A DNA stretch of 63,144 nt, filler included, from Octopus bimaculoides (Eukaryota): assembly GCF_001194135.2 (NCBI RefSeq). It is 4 parts of 4 records of this genome, joined end to end, with 100 filler letters (N's around TTAATTAATTAA, not from the genome) between each part and the next. Parts side by side here need not be neighbours in the genome. Positions count along the whole stretch, not along the records: positions 1 to 14,990 come from NC_068992.1; positions 15,091 to 31,943 come from NC_068981.1; 2 more parts are not named here. One strand, 5' to 3'. Position 1 is the stretch's first letter, and every line of letters starts with the position of its first letter. Positions 11,583-23,700 of this stretch are shown here, in pieces. Made by a program: the position numbers and the translations under genes. A model generated the notes under the pieces. The model was given only the letters and a program-made list of their open reading frames with translations. It was not told the origin of the DNA and did not search any database.

Positions 11583-13119
11583 TCATATCACTCATTTCCT
11601 GAGTTTGCATTGAAATTAATTTATTTTATTTTAATATAGGCGTGTTACGCTTTATTCAGTCCCACAGCAATCATGAAGACATTTTAATTTAATTTCAACA
11701 GTTGCTTAGATGTTGACAGTCACTATTGCTCGTGAAACTTATATTTCAGCGCGTGCATCGTTCTGATGACAGGCTGACTGTTAATATTCTAATTCGGTCA
11801 GCATCGTGATTGCTCGGCTGGTAGATCCTCATGCTCTCCCGATAGCATTTTAACTCTAGCATTATTTCACAACACGACGAGATAATAAGCTTTTTGTAGA
11901 ATAAAATGCGAGATATTTTTCTTATCATATTTCATATCAACTCTATTTACATAGTTTACGTCTGTACTGACACCGAAGGCATTTTTAAACATAAAATAAA
12001 CTTGTGTTATTTGTTTTAGTTCATTATATTATTTACGTTAAAGAAAAAAATGACTATTTTTCTTTTTTTAAATTTCTTCTTTAGCATTTAGTATTCTCCA
12101 TTAACAGAATTTCTTTCAACGATTGCGTTAACAAAATGTCCAGTTTTTTAAACTCTTCGTGCTAAATAAATGGTTGATTTCCGCGTAGAGTTTGCTAAAA
12201 TACAATTTTATTTTATTTTTCGAGCACACAATTTCCCAGTATGCCAGCTAATGAGTAGCAAAGAGGTATTCATTATTGACGCTACCATTATTGTTGTTGT
12301 TGTTTTGCTCTGGGTCAGTTTTAGTCAAGCAGACATATTCAATGAGTTCTAACCATTGCCATTCTATGATATTGTCACACAGTGTATCCAAAACTACAAT
12401 ATGCAACGTGTGCGCGTCTCTTATTTAAGATGGCAATGTGTTGTTTGAGGAGAGAGGGCTTTAACTGCTATTTCTAACAGGTCGAAGAGCTATGTAGAAA
12501 CTTCTTCGTAAGTTCGAATTAAAAAATCAAGTAGACATGTAAAAGAAAGAATATAACAAGAGGCATGTTGTTACATTACCAGCACGAATCTCCTTTCAAA
12601 TGCTAGTTTACACATCTCTTCCACGAGAAAACCTGTTTTTGGCTGCAATTTCTTGCAGGAGTGACCTGCTAAAAGACATGACCTTTTTCGAGAAGCGGGC
12701 TGCAGGAGACATAGTCCATCATGAAGCAGGCTGCACTATAAAAAATACTCAAGGTAAGCGTGCCATTCAGAAAGTCTAGCAGGCCGCATGCGGCCACAGT
12801 TTGCCCATGACCGAGCTAAAATTACAGACAAATGCAGGCCCCTAGTAGTAGCAGTACATCCTGGGAATAGCATCCAAATTTCCCTGAGATTACACCCCAG
12901 CGCTTTAAAATGGGGAGAACACATTACAAAGCCCTGAAAATAAGGGGTTATGAGGGAAGAGTCCTTCCCTCTGGTCATAAGACTACTACTCCATCGGTCT
13001 AACCTTGGGCTAAATGCTAACACCATCAACATATCGACGTACAAGCCACTAAAGATACTTTTATCTGGTAGCTTGATGTGCTAGAAATAGCTGCACAGTC
13101 TTCCTGTTATTTCACCCAA

Positions 13120-13730
13120 CTGTATAACATCAAAATTCATTTAACATCATAACTAGAGTAACATCCTAACTGGCCTAACATCAAAATGGACCAGGCATCA
13201 TAACGGGCTTAACACCATAAATTGTCTATCATAACTGACTTACATCATAACTGGACTACCATCAAAACTGAAATAACTGGACTACAATCATAATGGGCCT
13301 AACATCATAAATTGTCAAATATCATAACTGACCTATCATCATAACTGGACTAATATAACTGGCCTAACATCATAAACCGTCTAACATTACAACTGAACTA
13401 ATAATATGACTGGTCCACCATCATAACTAACCTAACACCATAACTGAGCTAATATGGTAACTAGCCTAACATCATAAATAGTCTAACATCATAACTGGAC
13501 TAACATCATAACTGGTCTAACATCATGATTGACGTAACATCATAACCCCGTTAACGTCATAACAGAGCTAACATTATAATTAGCCTAGCATCATAAATAG
13601 TTTAAATCATAATTGTTCTAACATCATAACTGATGTCTAGTATCATAATTCAACTAACATCATAACTGAACTAACATCATAACTGATCAAACGTCATAAT
13701 TGGCCTAACATCATAACTAAGCTATCACAT
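13120..13730. repeat. Degenerate 17-bp minisatellite, consensus about CTAACATCATAACTGGN, roughly 35 units
   Basis: AACATCATAACT recurs at about 17-bp spacing. Confidence 0.9.
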
Positions 13731-14069
13731 AAGAACACATTTAGTATATGACTCCTGATATAACACTCCAGATATAATGACTTCACATCTGATATAATAC
13801 CACGTGACATAACAAAATACATCTGACATTATGTTGTTGCTGTTGTTATTGCTGTGGCGGTGGTGGTGATGGAGGTGGTGGTGGTGTTAGTTCTTTAACC
13901 CCAGAGATCAAACTTATGATCAAAATACATCCTGGTCATGGTCACCCCTTATTTTAAAGACAATTAGAGCTACATTACCCGCTATGCCTTTTTCTTTCCC
14001 AGGACAGTAGAGTGTCATTTGAAGGAGACTTAGGTAGTGTTTCTCACAAATCAAGACCAGGGCATGATA

Positions 14070-14740
14070 TAGTGTCAACTGTGTTGCAAGGTCTTATATG
14101 ATATCACGTGAAATTTATTTTAACGTCAAGATGAATAGTCTTTATGTTATGATATTACGTGATGCTTGAAATATCAAATTATGTATTTTGTCAAATATAT
14201 CTTATAACTTGTAATGTCAAGTGTGGTGTTGTGTTGTGTGGTGATATGTCAAGCATGAAGTTATGTCAAGTGAGTTATGTCAAATACAATATGTCAAGTG
14301 TGATTTTCTGTCAAGTGTTGCTATGTCAAGCATAATATTATGTCAAGTGTTATTGTCATGTATGATGATATGATAAAAGTGATTATATTTCAAGTATGTT
14401 GTTATATCAGGTGTGTTACTACTTAGAGTGTCTTATGTTGCGTGTTTTTAAGTCGTGTGTTTGATTGTCAAATGTGCAATTCTGTCGCGTTGTGATGTCA
14501 AGTCTGTTGATAAATCAAGTGCGTATTGTTATTAAGTGAGGTGTTTTGATATGTTAAATGCGTTGTTATGGATGTCAAGTGTATTGCTAACAGCATGTTG
14601 TCTTGTCAAGTGTACAATAATTGTTTCATGTACTGATACCATATGTATCAGATGTGTTGACACGTCGACTGTGGTGTCACGTCAAACGAGAAGTTATGTT
14701 CAGCGCGTTGTTGTCAAATGCTGTTATGTTAAGTGAGATA
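14070..14740. repeat. Highly degenerate T/G-rich tandem repeat of about 14-16 bp built on (T/A)ATGTCAAGTGT
   Basis: TGTCAA(G/A) recurs many times at irregular spacing of about 15 bp. Confidence 0.7.
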
Positions 14741-14766
14741 ATATTATAAAACGTGTGTGGTATTTA

Positions 14767-14990
14767 TCTCTTACTTGTTTCAGTCATTAGATAGTGTCCA
14801 TGCTGGAGCACCACATCGAAGAATTTTTAGTCGAATGTATCGATCCCAGTATTATTCTATCCGTCTCTTTTGCCAAAACAATTAAGTTACGGGGACGCAA
14901 ACACACCAACACCGTTTGTCGACCGGTGGTGGGGGACAAACAAAGACACATACACACACACACATGTATATATAAATATATATATATATA
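14767..14990 (-). mobile_element. Family A SINE 3' half
   Basis: TTACTTGTTTCAGTCA..CCATGCTGGAGCACC tail; AAGTTACGGGGACGCAAACACACC body. Confidence 0.88.
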
Positions 14991-15146
14991 NNNNNNNNNN
15001 NNNNNNNNNNNNNNNNNNNNNNNNNNNNNNNNNNTTAATTAATTAANNNNNNNNNNNNNNNNNNNNNNNNNNNNNNNNNNNNNNNNNNNNACACACACAC
15101 ACACACACACATACACTCACTCACAAACTCAGTTTTACAATATGTG

Positions 15147-15192
<46 letters not shown>

Positions 15193-15221
15193 CATATGAA
15201 TATATAGGTGTAAATATATAC

Positions 15222-15257
<36 letters not shown>

Positions 15258-16248
15258 GAGTGTGTGTGTGTGCGCGTATGTGTGTGTATGAGTGTGCGCT
15301 TACTGTCTAGCAAATTTTGGCCGCATTGAGGCTATAATAACACATACTTGTACAAACTAACAGGCAATGAGAACGAACCTGTTACCAGACGTTTCCAAAG
15401 CGAAATTTTATCTGCGCAACTATTTTAAAGTTTTTATTAAAGGGGACATCAGCACTATATTTTCGGAAGTAGTTTGGTTGGCCTCATTTTTTGATTAAAG
15501 GGGTAATCAGCTTTTGTTGATTCCTGTTTAGACATTTAGCGACATAACTAAGTTCCTGAAAAATATAGATATAAACTTAATTTTTATAAATTTTTAATCT
15601 GAGTAATTTCTAAAAGCATTTCGTATAAGGTTTGATTGGAATATTCCACGAACAATCCTTGTTTAATGTACAAATGCACTCAAATTCAGAAATACTTTTT
15701 GGACATGTCTCAAAGCTGAAGTTCCCAGGAATTTTGGTGTAGAATTTAGATTTATCACCAATATTATTCTTTATAGGAAAATAATACCCTAATGAAAATT
15801 GTACATCGAAGTTACGGAAGGTGATGACTTCAGATAAAGACTATTCATAAGAAATTTACATAATTATGGATATAAACATGTGCTACATATATATTTGTAA
15901 GTATGTACATATGTAGATATATATGTATCAGTGTACTCTCTTATTTATAACAATTTGAAATCTTGTAACAAGCTCATTTTTCATTTATAATAATTTGAAA
16001 TCTTCTTTCAACGAGCTCATTTCTAACAAAATTGTTAAGCTTTATTGTTGAAAAATAGTTAACAAAAGCAATGTTACATTTTAAACTTGAGAAATGTCGT
16101 ACAGATTTTCACTTTTCTTCTTACAGATTGAATTTTTAATGAGTATGCTAGCTGGTTGATTTTTATTTCTAAGATATATTGTTTTTCCAGTTTGTCACAT
16201 AGGTTCTGTATGTATGTATGTATGTATGCATGCATGTATACATATGCA

Positions 16249-16299
<51 letters not shown>

Positions 16300-17073
16300 T
16301 TTCATATAATATTCTTCTTAATCTTATGAATAGCCATAAATTTTAACTTTATACAATATGGCAATATTGTTTAAAATATTTAACTATAGTACTACATGAT
16401 AAAATTTCCCCTGTATCATTATCAATGGTCTACTAGTGGCTTGCCCCTTTAATTATCAGCTACCATCTTGATTTAAGATTTCCTTTACCAAATCTCATTA
16501 TATTGCTTCAAATTAATCTTGATAGTTTTATGACTATACCCACTATGATTTCTGTCGACTCCCTCAACATTTCCTGACACATTGCTCCTTTTTCTCTGGC
16601 CTTAGATTTTGATATACAAAGATTTGATAAACAAGACAATAAATTAAAACTTACCCCATAAAACAGTAACAAGCAAAATCTCTAACAAATCTTTCTTCCT
16701 GATACCTTAGTAGCTTCTAAGCTGAAGTGAAGACAGCATGTTCTTTGTCTATCTCCTTAACTTCTTGAAGATTTTAGGTAAAATTATGCTAATGTGTCGA
16801 TCTGTTTTAATTTAATTTAATTCTATGTCTTTATGCTCTGCATTTAAATTGATGTAATGATTGCATTGTTCAATTAAATTGAGTTGCTTGAAACGATCGT
16901 ACTGCATTTCCTCTGGATATCGTTGTTGGTTATTTTGATATATATTTACAAGGAATCCCAAAAAATAGTTACTAGGGTAGGCAAAATTCACATAAGCACT
17001 TTAAGATATTAGTAACTACAGATACATGGATAATGATTCCAAGGAGGGGTGAGACGTGTTTTCGAGAACATAT

Positions 17074-17497
17074 GAGAAATGGAAAATGGATACAAACGCT
17101 CAAGATGCTATTTAAATCACTTATATCACCGAGATATGTTTCGATGGATACATTAAAATTAATCCAGGAGGAAAACTAATGTGGAATAATGTTTCGATCT
17201 CATCAGGGAGTAGATTATAAACAACGGTCTTCATTAATAAGCCATTTTTACAGATATAAGAAATTGTAATATATTACAATATCATATATTATATATATAT
17301 TATTATTCCTTATATCTATATAAATAGCTTATTCATGAACACTGTTATTTATAATTTCTTCCCTGATGAGATTGAAACATTATTCCGCATAATTTTTCCG
17401 CCCGGATTAATTTTGATGTATGCATCGAAACATATGTCAGCGATATAAATGGTTTAAATAACATCTTGCGCATTTGTCTCCATTTTCCATTTATCTC
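17074..17497. mobile_element. Foldback element with about 200-bp inverted arms, each with a degenerate hammerhead-like motif
   Basis: 17074-17275 is the reverse complement of 17295-17497; CTGATGA at 17363-17369 (+) and 17200-17206 (-); GAAACATATGTC at 17427-17438. Confidence 0.75.
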
Positions 17498-18643
17498 TTA
17501 TATATATATATATATGGAAAAAAAATTCAAGTTAACAAATGCTAAAATAAATTTATAAACACCATTCCAGTACCGGTTTCAGTCATTGAGACTTTTTCAA
17601 ATGTAAGTATGGAAAACAATTAAATTTTGGAAAAATGAAAAGAAAAGTTTTTTTAATAGAGTATTTGCATAAAAGGGGCGTTTTTCTTGTTTCTGCCTGT
17701 CTCTGTCTCTTTTGTTTACTCTTGTGGGTTCGAGGTCGTTATGAATTATTGGCATATATATCAACTCGTGTGTTCCTTTTCAACCTTCTACATATATATA
17801 NNNNNNNNNNNNNNNNNNNNNNNNNNNNNNNNNNNNNNNNNNNNNNNNNNNNNNNNNNNNNNNNNNNNNNNNNNNNNNNNNNNNNNNNNNNNNNNNNNNN
17901 NNNNNNNNNNNNNNNNNNNNNNNNNNNNNNNNNNNNNNNNNNNNNNNNNNNNNNNNNNNNNNNNNNNNNNNNNNNNNNNNNNNNNNNNNNNNNNNNNNNN
18001 NNNNNNNNNNNNNNNNNNNNNNNNNNNNNNNNNNNNNNNNNNNNNNNNNNNNNNNNNNNNNNNNNNNNNNNNNNNNNNNNNNNNNNNNNNNNNNNNNNNN
18101 NNNNNNNNNNNNNNNNNNNNNNNNNNNNNNNNNNNNNNNNNNNNNNNNNNNNNNNNNNNNNNNNNNNNNNNNNNNNNNNNNNNNNNNNNNNNNNNNNNNN
18201 NNNNNNNNNNNNNNNNNNNNNNNNNNNNNNNNNNNNNNNNNNNNNNNNNNNNNNNNNNNNNNNNNNNNNNNNNNNNNNNNNNNNNNNNNNNNNNNNNNNN
18301 NNNNNNNNNNNNNNNNNNNNNNNNNNNNNNNNNNNNNNNNNNNNNNNNNNNNNNNNNATATATATATATATATATATATATAAACATATGTATGTATGTA
18401 TATATGTATAAATGTATTTCTATGTCTACTATGTATTTGCATGTGTATATGTGTATAAGCAAACAAATATTGGCATATATAGGTACACACATAAAACACA
18501 TGGAAACGCACGCACGCGCATCCGTAAATGGTACACTTTTTGTTCATTAGGTTTCTCTAGCATTTAACTCCTATAATCTTCCTGTTCGACATTTTTTCCC
18601 TCTATAACATTTTTTGAGTGGTAGTAGCGCAGCAAGAGCAGCT

Positions 18644-18644
<1 letters not shown>

Positions 18645-18718
<74 letters not shown>

Positions 18719-19082
18719 TATCCGTCTATTCTTTTTATCTTTGTGCTGTTTTTCTTGCCTCATCCACATTTATATAGTTGTTTTGTTTGTTTTTCGTTTT
18801 TTTTTTTTCGTTTTTTATCTTTCAAAACACATCGACGCATTAATTTATGTACTGTCTAGCCAATAAGTGAATGTTTATCTGGCTGCTATATCATAAAGAG
18901 GTATAATTGGTCTCCTCTTCTACTTTTTTGCTGCAACTTTTATTTCTTTATCTTCTGACTATGATGATTATTATTATTGTTGTTGCTGTTGTTGATGTTT
19001 TTGTCGTTTTGGTTGTTGCTGTTATTCTAGTTGTTGTTGTTGTTACCGCTGGTGTTATCATCATTATTATGACCATCATCAT

Positions 19083-19121
<39 letters not shown>
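18645..19121. repeat. (GTA)n, decayed (GTT)n and (ATT)n trinucleotide microsatellites
   Basis: Direct reading. Confidence 0.85.
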
Positions 19122-19122
<1 letters not shown>

Positions 19123-19330
19123 GCAGAATAATTATCATGGCGGACAAAATGCTCAGCTGCATTTCTTCCGGTTGTAGATTTTATGTTCAAATGCTGACGA
19201 GGACAACTTTGAATTTCATCCTTTCGGGGTCGGTGGAATAGGTATCAGTTATTCACGGGGTCCATGTAATCAACTAGCTCTCTCCCACCACGTTCAAGTC
19301 TTTGTACCTTTAGTAGACATGATCATTATT
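19121..19330 (+). mobile_element. Family B SINE (diverged) ending in (ATT)n
   Basis: TAGCAGAAT head, GTTCAAAT, TTTCATCCTTTCGGGGTC core, tail CCTTTAGTAGAC-ATGATCATTATT. Confidence 0.75.
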
Positions 19331-20307
19331 ATTACTACCGCCTTAGCAAATACAGAGGTATTGTTTTCAGTTCTGCTTGTTTGCTTGTTTGTCCGTGAAC
19401 AAAATAACTTAAGAACCGCTGGATGGATTCGGATGAAACATTGAGAGATGTTTGGCCCACGTGACTGGGATGAAGTGTTTAGATTTTGGGATCGATCCGG
19501 TACCGGACAAGGATTCTGAATTATTTGTTATATTTACTTTACTTTACACGAAGTATTAGGATCTTACGTTCACTTTCAAGTCTTTCTCTGATTATCTCCC
19601 TTGAAAGCACGCTCATGGTTTACAAGTAAGTTATGACGGCGTTGCTGTGTCCAAAGATTTATTTTCGTTTCTCTATTATTAATTTTACTCGTAATTCTAT
19701 GTAGATACTGATAGATAAAAACTACATAAAGAAACGGCAGCAAAACCGTTCAGAAATTAAATAACACTAACGTATTCAGTAACAACAAGAAAATTAATTT
19801 ATCCTCAACAATTTTTAGTTTTACTAAATTTGAATATATCGCTCCTGTTTAAAACCTCTTACCTACTTGACAATTGCATTTCTAGCTCTGCCTTGGAGGA
19901 AGCTTTACTTCTTGGACTAAGGTTTTCTTTCACGCACGGATAGATGTTTCACAGTAGACCTTAATTGTCGTAAAGACATTATATCAGTGGATAGACTACA
20001 AAAGGCCTTCATAGAGAAAACTGTCCCTGTTTCCACCACAGACAACACACACACAGCCTTACAAAGACGGTCCGCACACCCACCTTCACATTCCATTGAT
20101 CGATCAGGTATTGGACAAGGATTCTGATTATTTTCCCATTTCTTTTTTTACTTAATTTTTGAGAGCAGTCGCGTTCATATTTAGTACTCTCGTTTTGAGA
20201 GCAGTCGAGTTTATTTCAGATATTCTTATTTTAAAAATAATCTCCGGCTAATCGTTAAGAGGGAACGTTGGGTTTGCTTTGGCGGAGGTTTGCGCACTCT
20301 GAGTGCT

Positions 20308-20313
<6 letters not shown>
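19329..20313 (+). mobile_element. Non-autonomous Helentron-type (HINE/DINE-1-like) element
   Basis: Subterminal inverted repeats 19334-19347 and 20276-20289 (10/14 match), 3' stem-loop GCACTC-T-GAGTGC at 20294-20306, T-rich end, short TTTG/CTTG repeats near the 5' end. Confidence 0.7.
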
Positions 20314-20382
<69 letters not shown>

Positions 20383-20403
20383 GTTCTTCTTCTTCTTCTT
20401 CTT

Positions 20404-20501
<98 letters not shown>
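20312..20501. repeat. (TAT)n-(TCT)n-(TAT)n microsatellite
   Basis: Direct reading. Confidence 0.97.
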
Positions 20502-20619
20502 TAGTCGTACTGGATGCATGCGTGTCTTCTTGCTCGTAATTTCATAACTTTAATTTGTGTTTCCAATTGTTGTTCATTGTTTATTTTGTTACATACCGAA
20601 CTACTGTGACTTCACACGA

Positions 20620-20915
20620 GTTTATTGCCGAAATTGCTTTTTCTAGCATTCAGATTTGAAACCAATATTTCTCTCATGCGCCGCAGGTACTCTTTCTCTG
20701 TCTTTTGATTCATATCGTTGCATTTAATAGTTGCCTCAAGTATCCACAGGTTTTTATATGCCTTCATAATTTCATCACTTGGCAAACATATGCCTTCTGT
20801 CCTGACAAGCTTTCCCCGTTTCATCACCATCGTAGCACATTTTGAAAGTCCAAACACCAACTTTATACCATTCGAGAAAATCTGCACAGAGTGGATAAGC
20901 TGTCCCACTAGAAGA
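20620..20915 (-). mobile_element. RT/thumb fragment of an R4/Dong-type LINE
   Basis: SVQIFSNGIKLVFGLSKCATMVMKRGKLVRTEGICLP..EKEYLRRMREILVSNLNAR matches the same region in the other RLE LINEs of this window. Confidence 0.8.
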
Positions 20916-20951
20916 TTCCTGTCTTGACTTGCCCCTCTCTTTATTACTACA

Positions 20952-20999
<48 letters not shown>

Positions 21000-21009
21000 G
21001 CTGCTGCTG

Positions 21010-21076
<67 letters not shown>

Positions 21077-21077
21077 C

Positions 21078-21296
21078 TTTAGTACGCCGGGCAAAATGCT
21101 TAGCAGCATTTCGTCCATCTTTTCGTTGTGAGTTCAAATTCCGCCGAGGTCAACTTTGCTTTCATCCTTTCGGAGTCGATAAATTAAGCACCAATGAAAC
21201 ACTTGGGTCGATGTAATGGACTTGTCCCTTCCCCCAAAATTTCAGGCCTTGTTGTTCTTTTAGTAGAAAAGATTATTATTATCATTATTATTATTT
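21078..21296 (+). mobile_element. Family B SINE ending in (ATT)n
   Basis: ACGCCGGGCAAAATGCTTAGC, GAGTTCAAATTCCGCCGAGGTC, tail TAGTAGAAAAGATTATTATT. Confidence 0.88.
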
Positions 21297-23410
21297 TATG
21301 CTTGACTTTTGCTTTGCATTTGTACAAGTTGGATCCAAGTCTCACTCAGAGACCTCAAGAGACAACAAGTTAGAAGTTCATGTAGGTGTTATGCCTAGGG
21401 TACCATATATTTGAATTTGTACAGTGTTGTTCTANNNNNNNNNNNNNNNNNNNNNNNNNNNNNNNNNNNNNNNNNNNNNNNNNNNNNNNNNNNNNNNNNN
21501 NNNNNNNNNNNNNNNNNNNNNNNNNNNNNNNNNNNNNNNNNNNNNNNNNNNNNNNNNNNNNNNNNNNNNNNNNNNNNNNNNNNNNNNNNNNNNNNNNNNN
21601 NNNNNNNNNNNNNNNNNNNNNNNNNNNNNNNNNNNNNNNNNNNNNNNNNNNNNNNNNNNNNNNNNNNNNNNNNNNNNNNNNNNNNNNNNNNNNNNNNNNN
21701 NNNNNNNNNNNNNNNNNNNNNNNNNNNNNNNNNNNNNNNNNNNNNNNNNNNNNNNNNNNNNNNNNNNNNNNNNNNNNNNNNNNNNNNNNNNNNNNNNNNN
21801 NNNNNNNNNNNNNNNNNNNNNNNNNNNNNNNNNNNNNNNNNNNNNNNNNNNNNNNNNNNNNNNNNNNNNNNNNNNNNNNNNNNNNNNNNNNNNNNNNNNN
21901 NNNNNNNNNNNNNNNNNNNNNNNNNNNNNNNNNNNNNNNNATGTGGAGGCATGATTTTTGTCTGAAGTCTTTCAGTATGATGTCTGGCCTATTTGCATCT
22001 ATCTTTCTATCAGTTTGAATGGTGAAGTTCCAGAGGAGTGCGATGTGATCATTTTCAAGTACTGGAGGTGGTTTGTGTTCCCACCAGTTTTTATTATGGG
22101 GCAAGTCCAGGTTTTTGTAAATTACCCAGTGAATATATTGTGCAGCTCTATCATGCCTGTTGAGATACTCTGTAGGCGCAAGCAAACTGCACATGGAGAC
22201 AACATGATCGATGGTCTCATTTTGTTGTTGGCATATACGACATAATGGGGAGCTGCCGTTCTTTAATATGTTGGCCTGGTAGTTCTTTGTAGGTAGGCAT
22301 TGATCTTGGGCTGCTATGATAAATCCCTCTGTTTCTGATTTCAAGGCCAGAGGCCATTAGCCGTTGATGGGTAAGGGCTTTGTCAATTTCTGCATTATTC
22401 GCTCTCTTTGGGTATTTGCCATTGAGAGGTTTTCCATGCCATTTATCAGTCATAATATCTAAGGCAGCAATTTTAGCACGGGTTTTCGAACGCTTAGCTT
22501 TTTNNNNNNNNNNNNNNNNNNNNNNNNNNNNNNNNNNNNNNNNNNNNNNNNNNNNNNNNNNNNNNNNNNNNNNNNNNNNNNNNNNNNNNNNNNNNNNNNN
22601 NNNNNNNNNNNNNNNNNNNNNNNNNNNNNNNNNNNNNNNNNNNNNNNNNNNNNNNNNNNNNNNNNNNNNNNNNNNNNNNNNNNNNNNNNNNNNNNNNNNN
22701 NNNNNNNNNNNNNNNNNNNNNNNNNNNNNNNNNNNNNNNNNNNNNNNNNNNNNNNNNNNNNNNNNNNNNNNNNNNNNNNNNNNNNNNNNNNNNNNNNNNN
22801 NNNNNNNNNNNNNNNNNNNNNNNNNNNNNNNNNNNNNNNNNNNNNNNNNNNNNNNNNNNNNNNNNNNNNNNNNNNNNNNNNNNNNNNNNNNNNNNNNNNN
22901 NNNNNNNNNNNNNNNNNNNNNNNNNNNNNNNNNNNNNNNNNNNNNNNNNNNNNNNNNNNNNNNNNNNNNNNNNNNNNNNNNNNNNNNNNNNNNNNNNNNN
23001 NNNNNNNNNNNNNNNNNNNNNNNNNNNNNNNNNNNNNNNNNNNNNNNNNNNNNNNNNNNNNNNNNNNNNNNNNNNNNNNNNNNNNNNNNNNNNNNNNNNN
23101 NNNNNNNNNNNNNNNNNNNNNNNNNNNNNNNNNNNNNNNNNNNNNNNNNNNNNNNNNNNNNNNNNNNNNNNGAATTGTTTAACAATCGCTAGTAGACCTT
23201 TTAGTTGTTGGTCATTCTTTGCAAAAAGCTTTAAATCATCCATGTAAATGAGATGATTTATATTTTTATCAAATATTTTATACCCATACTGTGCATCATT
23301 GAGCAATTTGGAGAGAGGTATTAAGGCTAGACAGAAGAGCAGTGGTGATAGTGAGTCACCCTGGAAAATGCCACATGAAATTCTTACATCTCCAGCATTT
23401 AGAGATTCAT
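21297..23410 (-). mobile_element. 5'-truncated R4/Dong-type LINE (RT, CCHC knuckle, RLE), young family, two assembly gaps
   Basis: IFQGDSLSPLLFCLAL and HLIYMDDLKLF (RT); CRICQQQNETIDHVVSMC; RPDIILKD; 3' UTR nearly identical to 32150-32273; (TAA)n on both sides; one frameshift near 22345. Confidence 0.93.
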
Positions 23411-23416
23411 TGTCAT

Positions 23417-23470
<54 letters not shown>

Positions 23471-23479
23471 GTGCCTTGA

Positions 23480-23700
23480 ATGTGCAGAATCATTAGAGTA
23501 ATGGAAAATTGCTTTGCGGTATTTATTCTGATTTTGTTTTTGTTTTTTTCTCTTGAGTTCAAACATCTTTGAGTGAAAACTAGCATTTTAGCTTCCGGGT
23601 TCGATAAAATAAGGTACAAGTTAAGTATTGAATGAAATGGTATCGACTAACTGTCGTTTCGTAAACTTTGTTTTGCACTGCCAGTATGGTGCACCCAGTC
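23480..23700 (+). mobile_element. Highly decayed family B SINE
   Basis: GCAGAATCATTAG, TGCTTTGCGGTATTT, GAGTTCAAA, TCGATAAAATAAGGTAC. Confidence 0.55.

Noticed and set aside
11764-11812. CTGATGA followed by a GCTGAC/GTCAGC stem
   Set aside because: No GAAA or cleavage triplet follows, so not a hammerhead; no convincing C/D snoRNA layout
12340-12510. Recurring GCTGCTATTTCTA..GGTCGA-like words (also near 13.9-14.1, 29.7-30.1, 31.0, 33.6 and 51.5 kb)
   Set aside because: Probably an old dispersed repeat, but too decayed to delimit by eye
15035-15046. TTAATTAATTAA island inside N runs (also at 31988-31999 and 59899-59910)
   Set aside because: An identical 12-mer with stops in all six frames, padded by Ns each time; an assembly spacer, not biology
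15436-15860. TTAAAGGGG starts resembling Kolobok termini
   Set aside because: No matching opposite terminus could be identified
16490-16780. Splice-like signals on both strands (minus G|GTAAGT near 16650; KLLRYQEERFVRDFACYCFMG)
   Set aside because: The implied intron is only about 54 nt, the frame closes at once, and there is no homology
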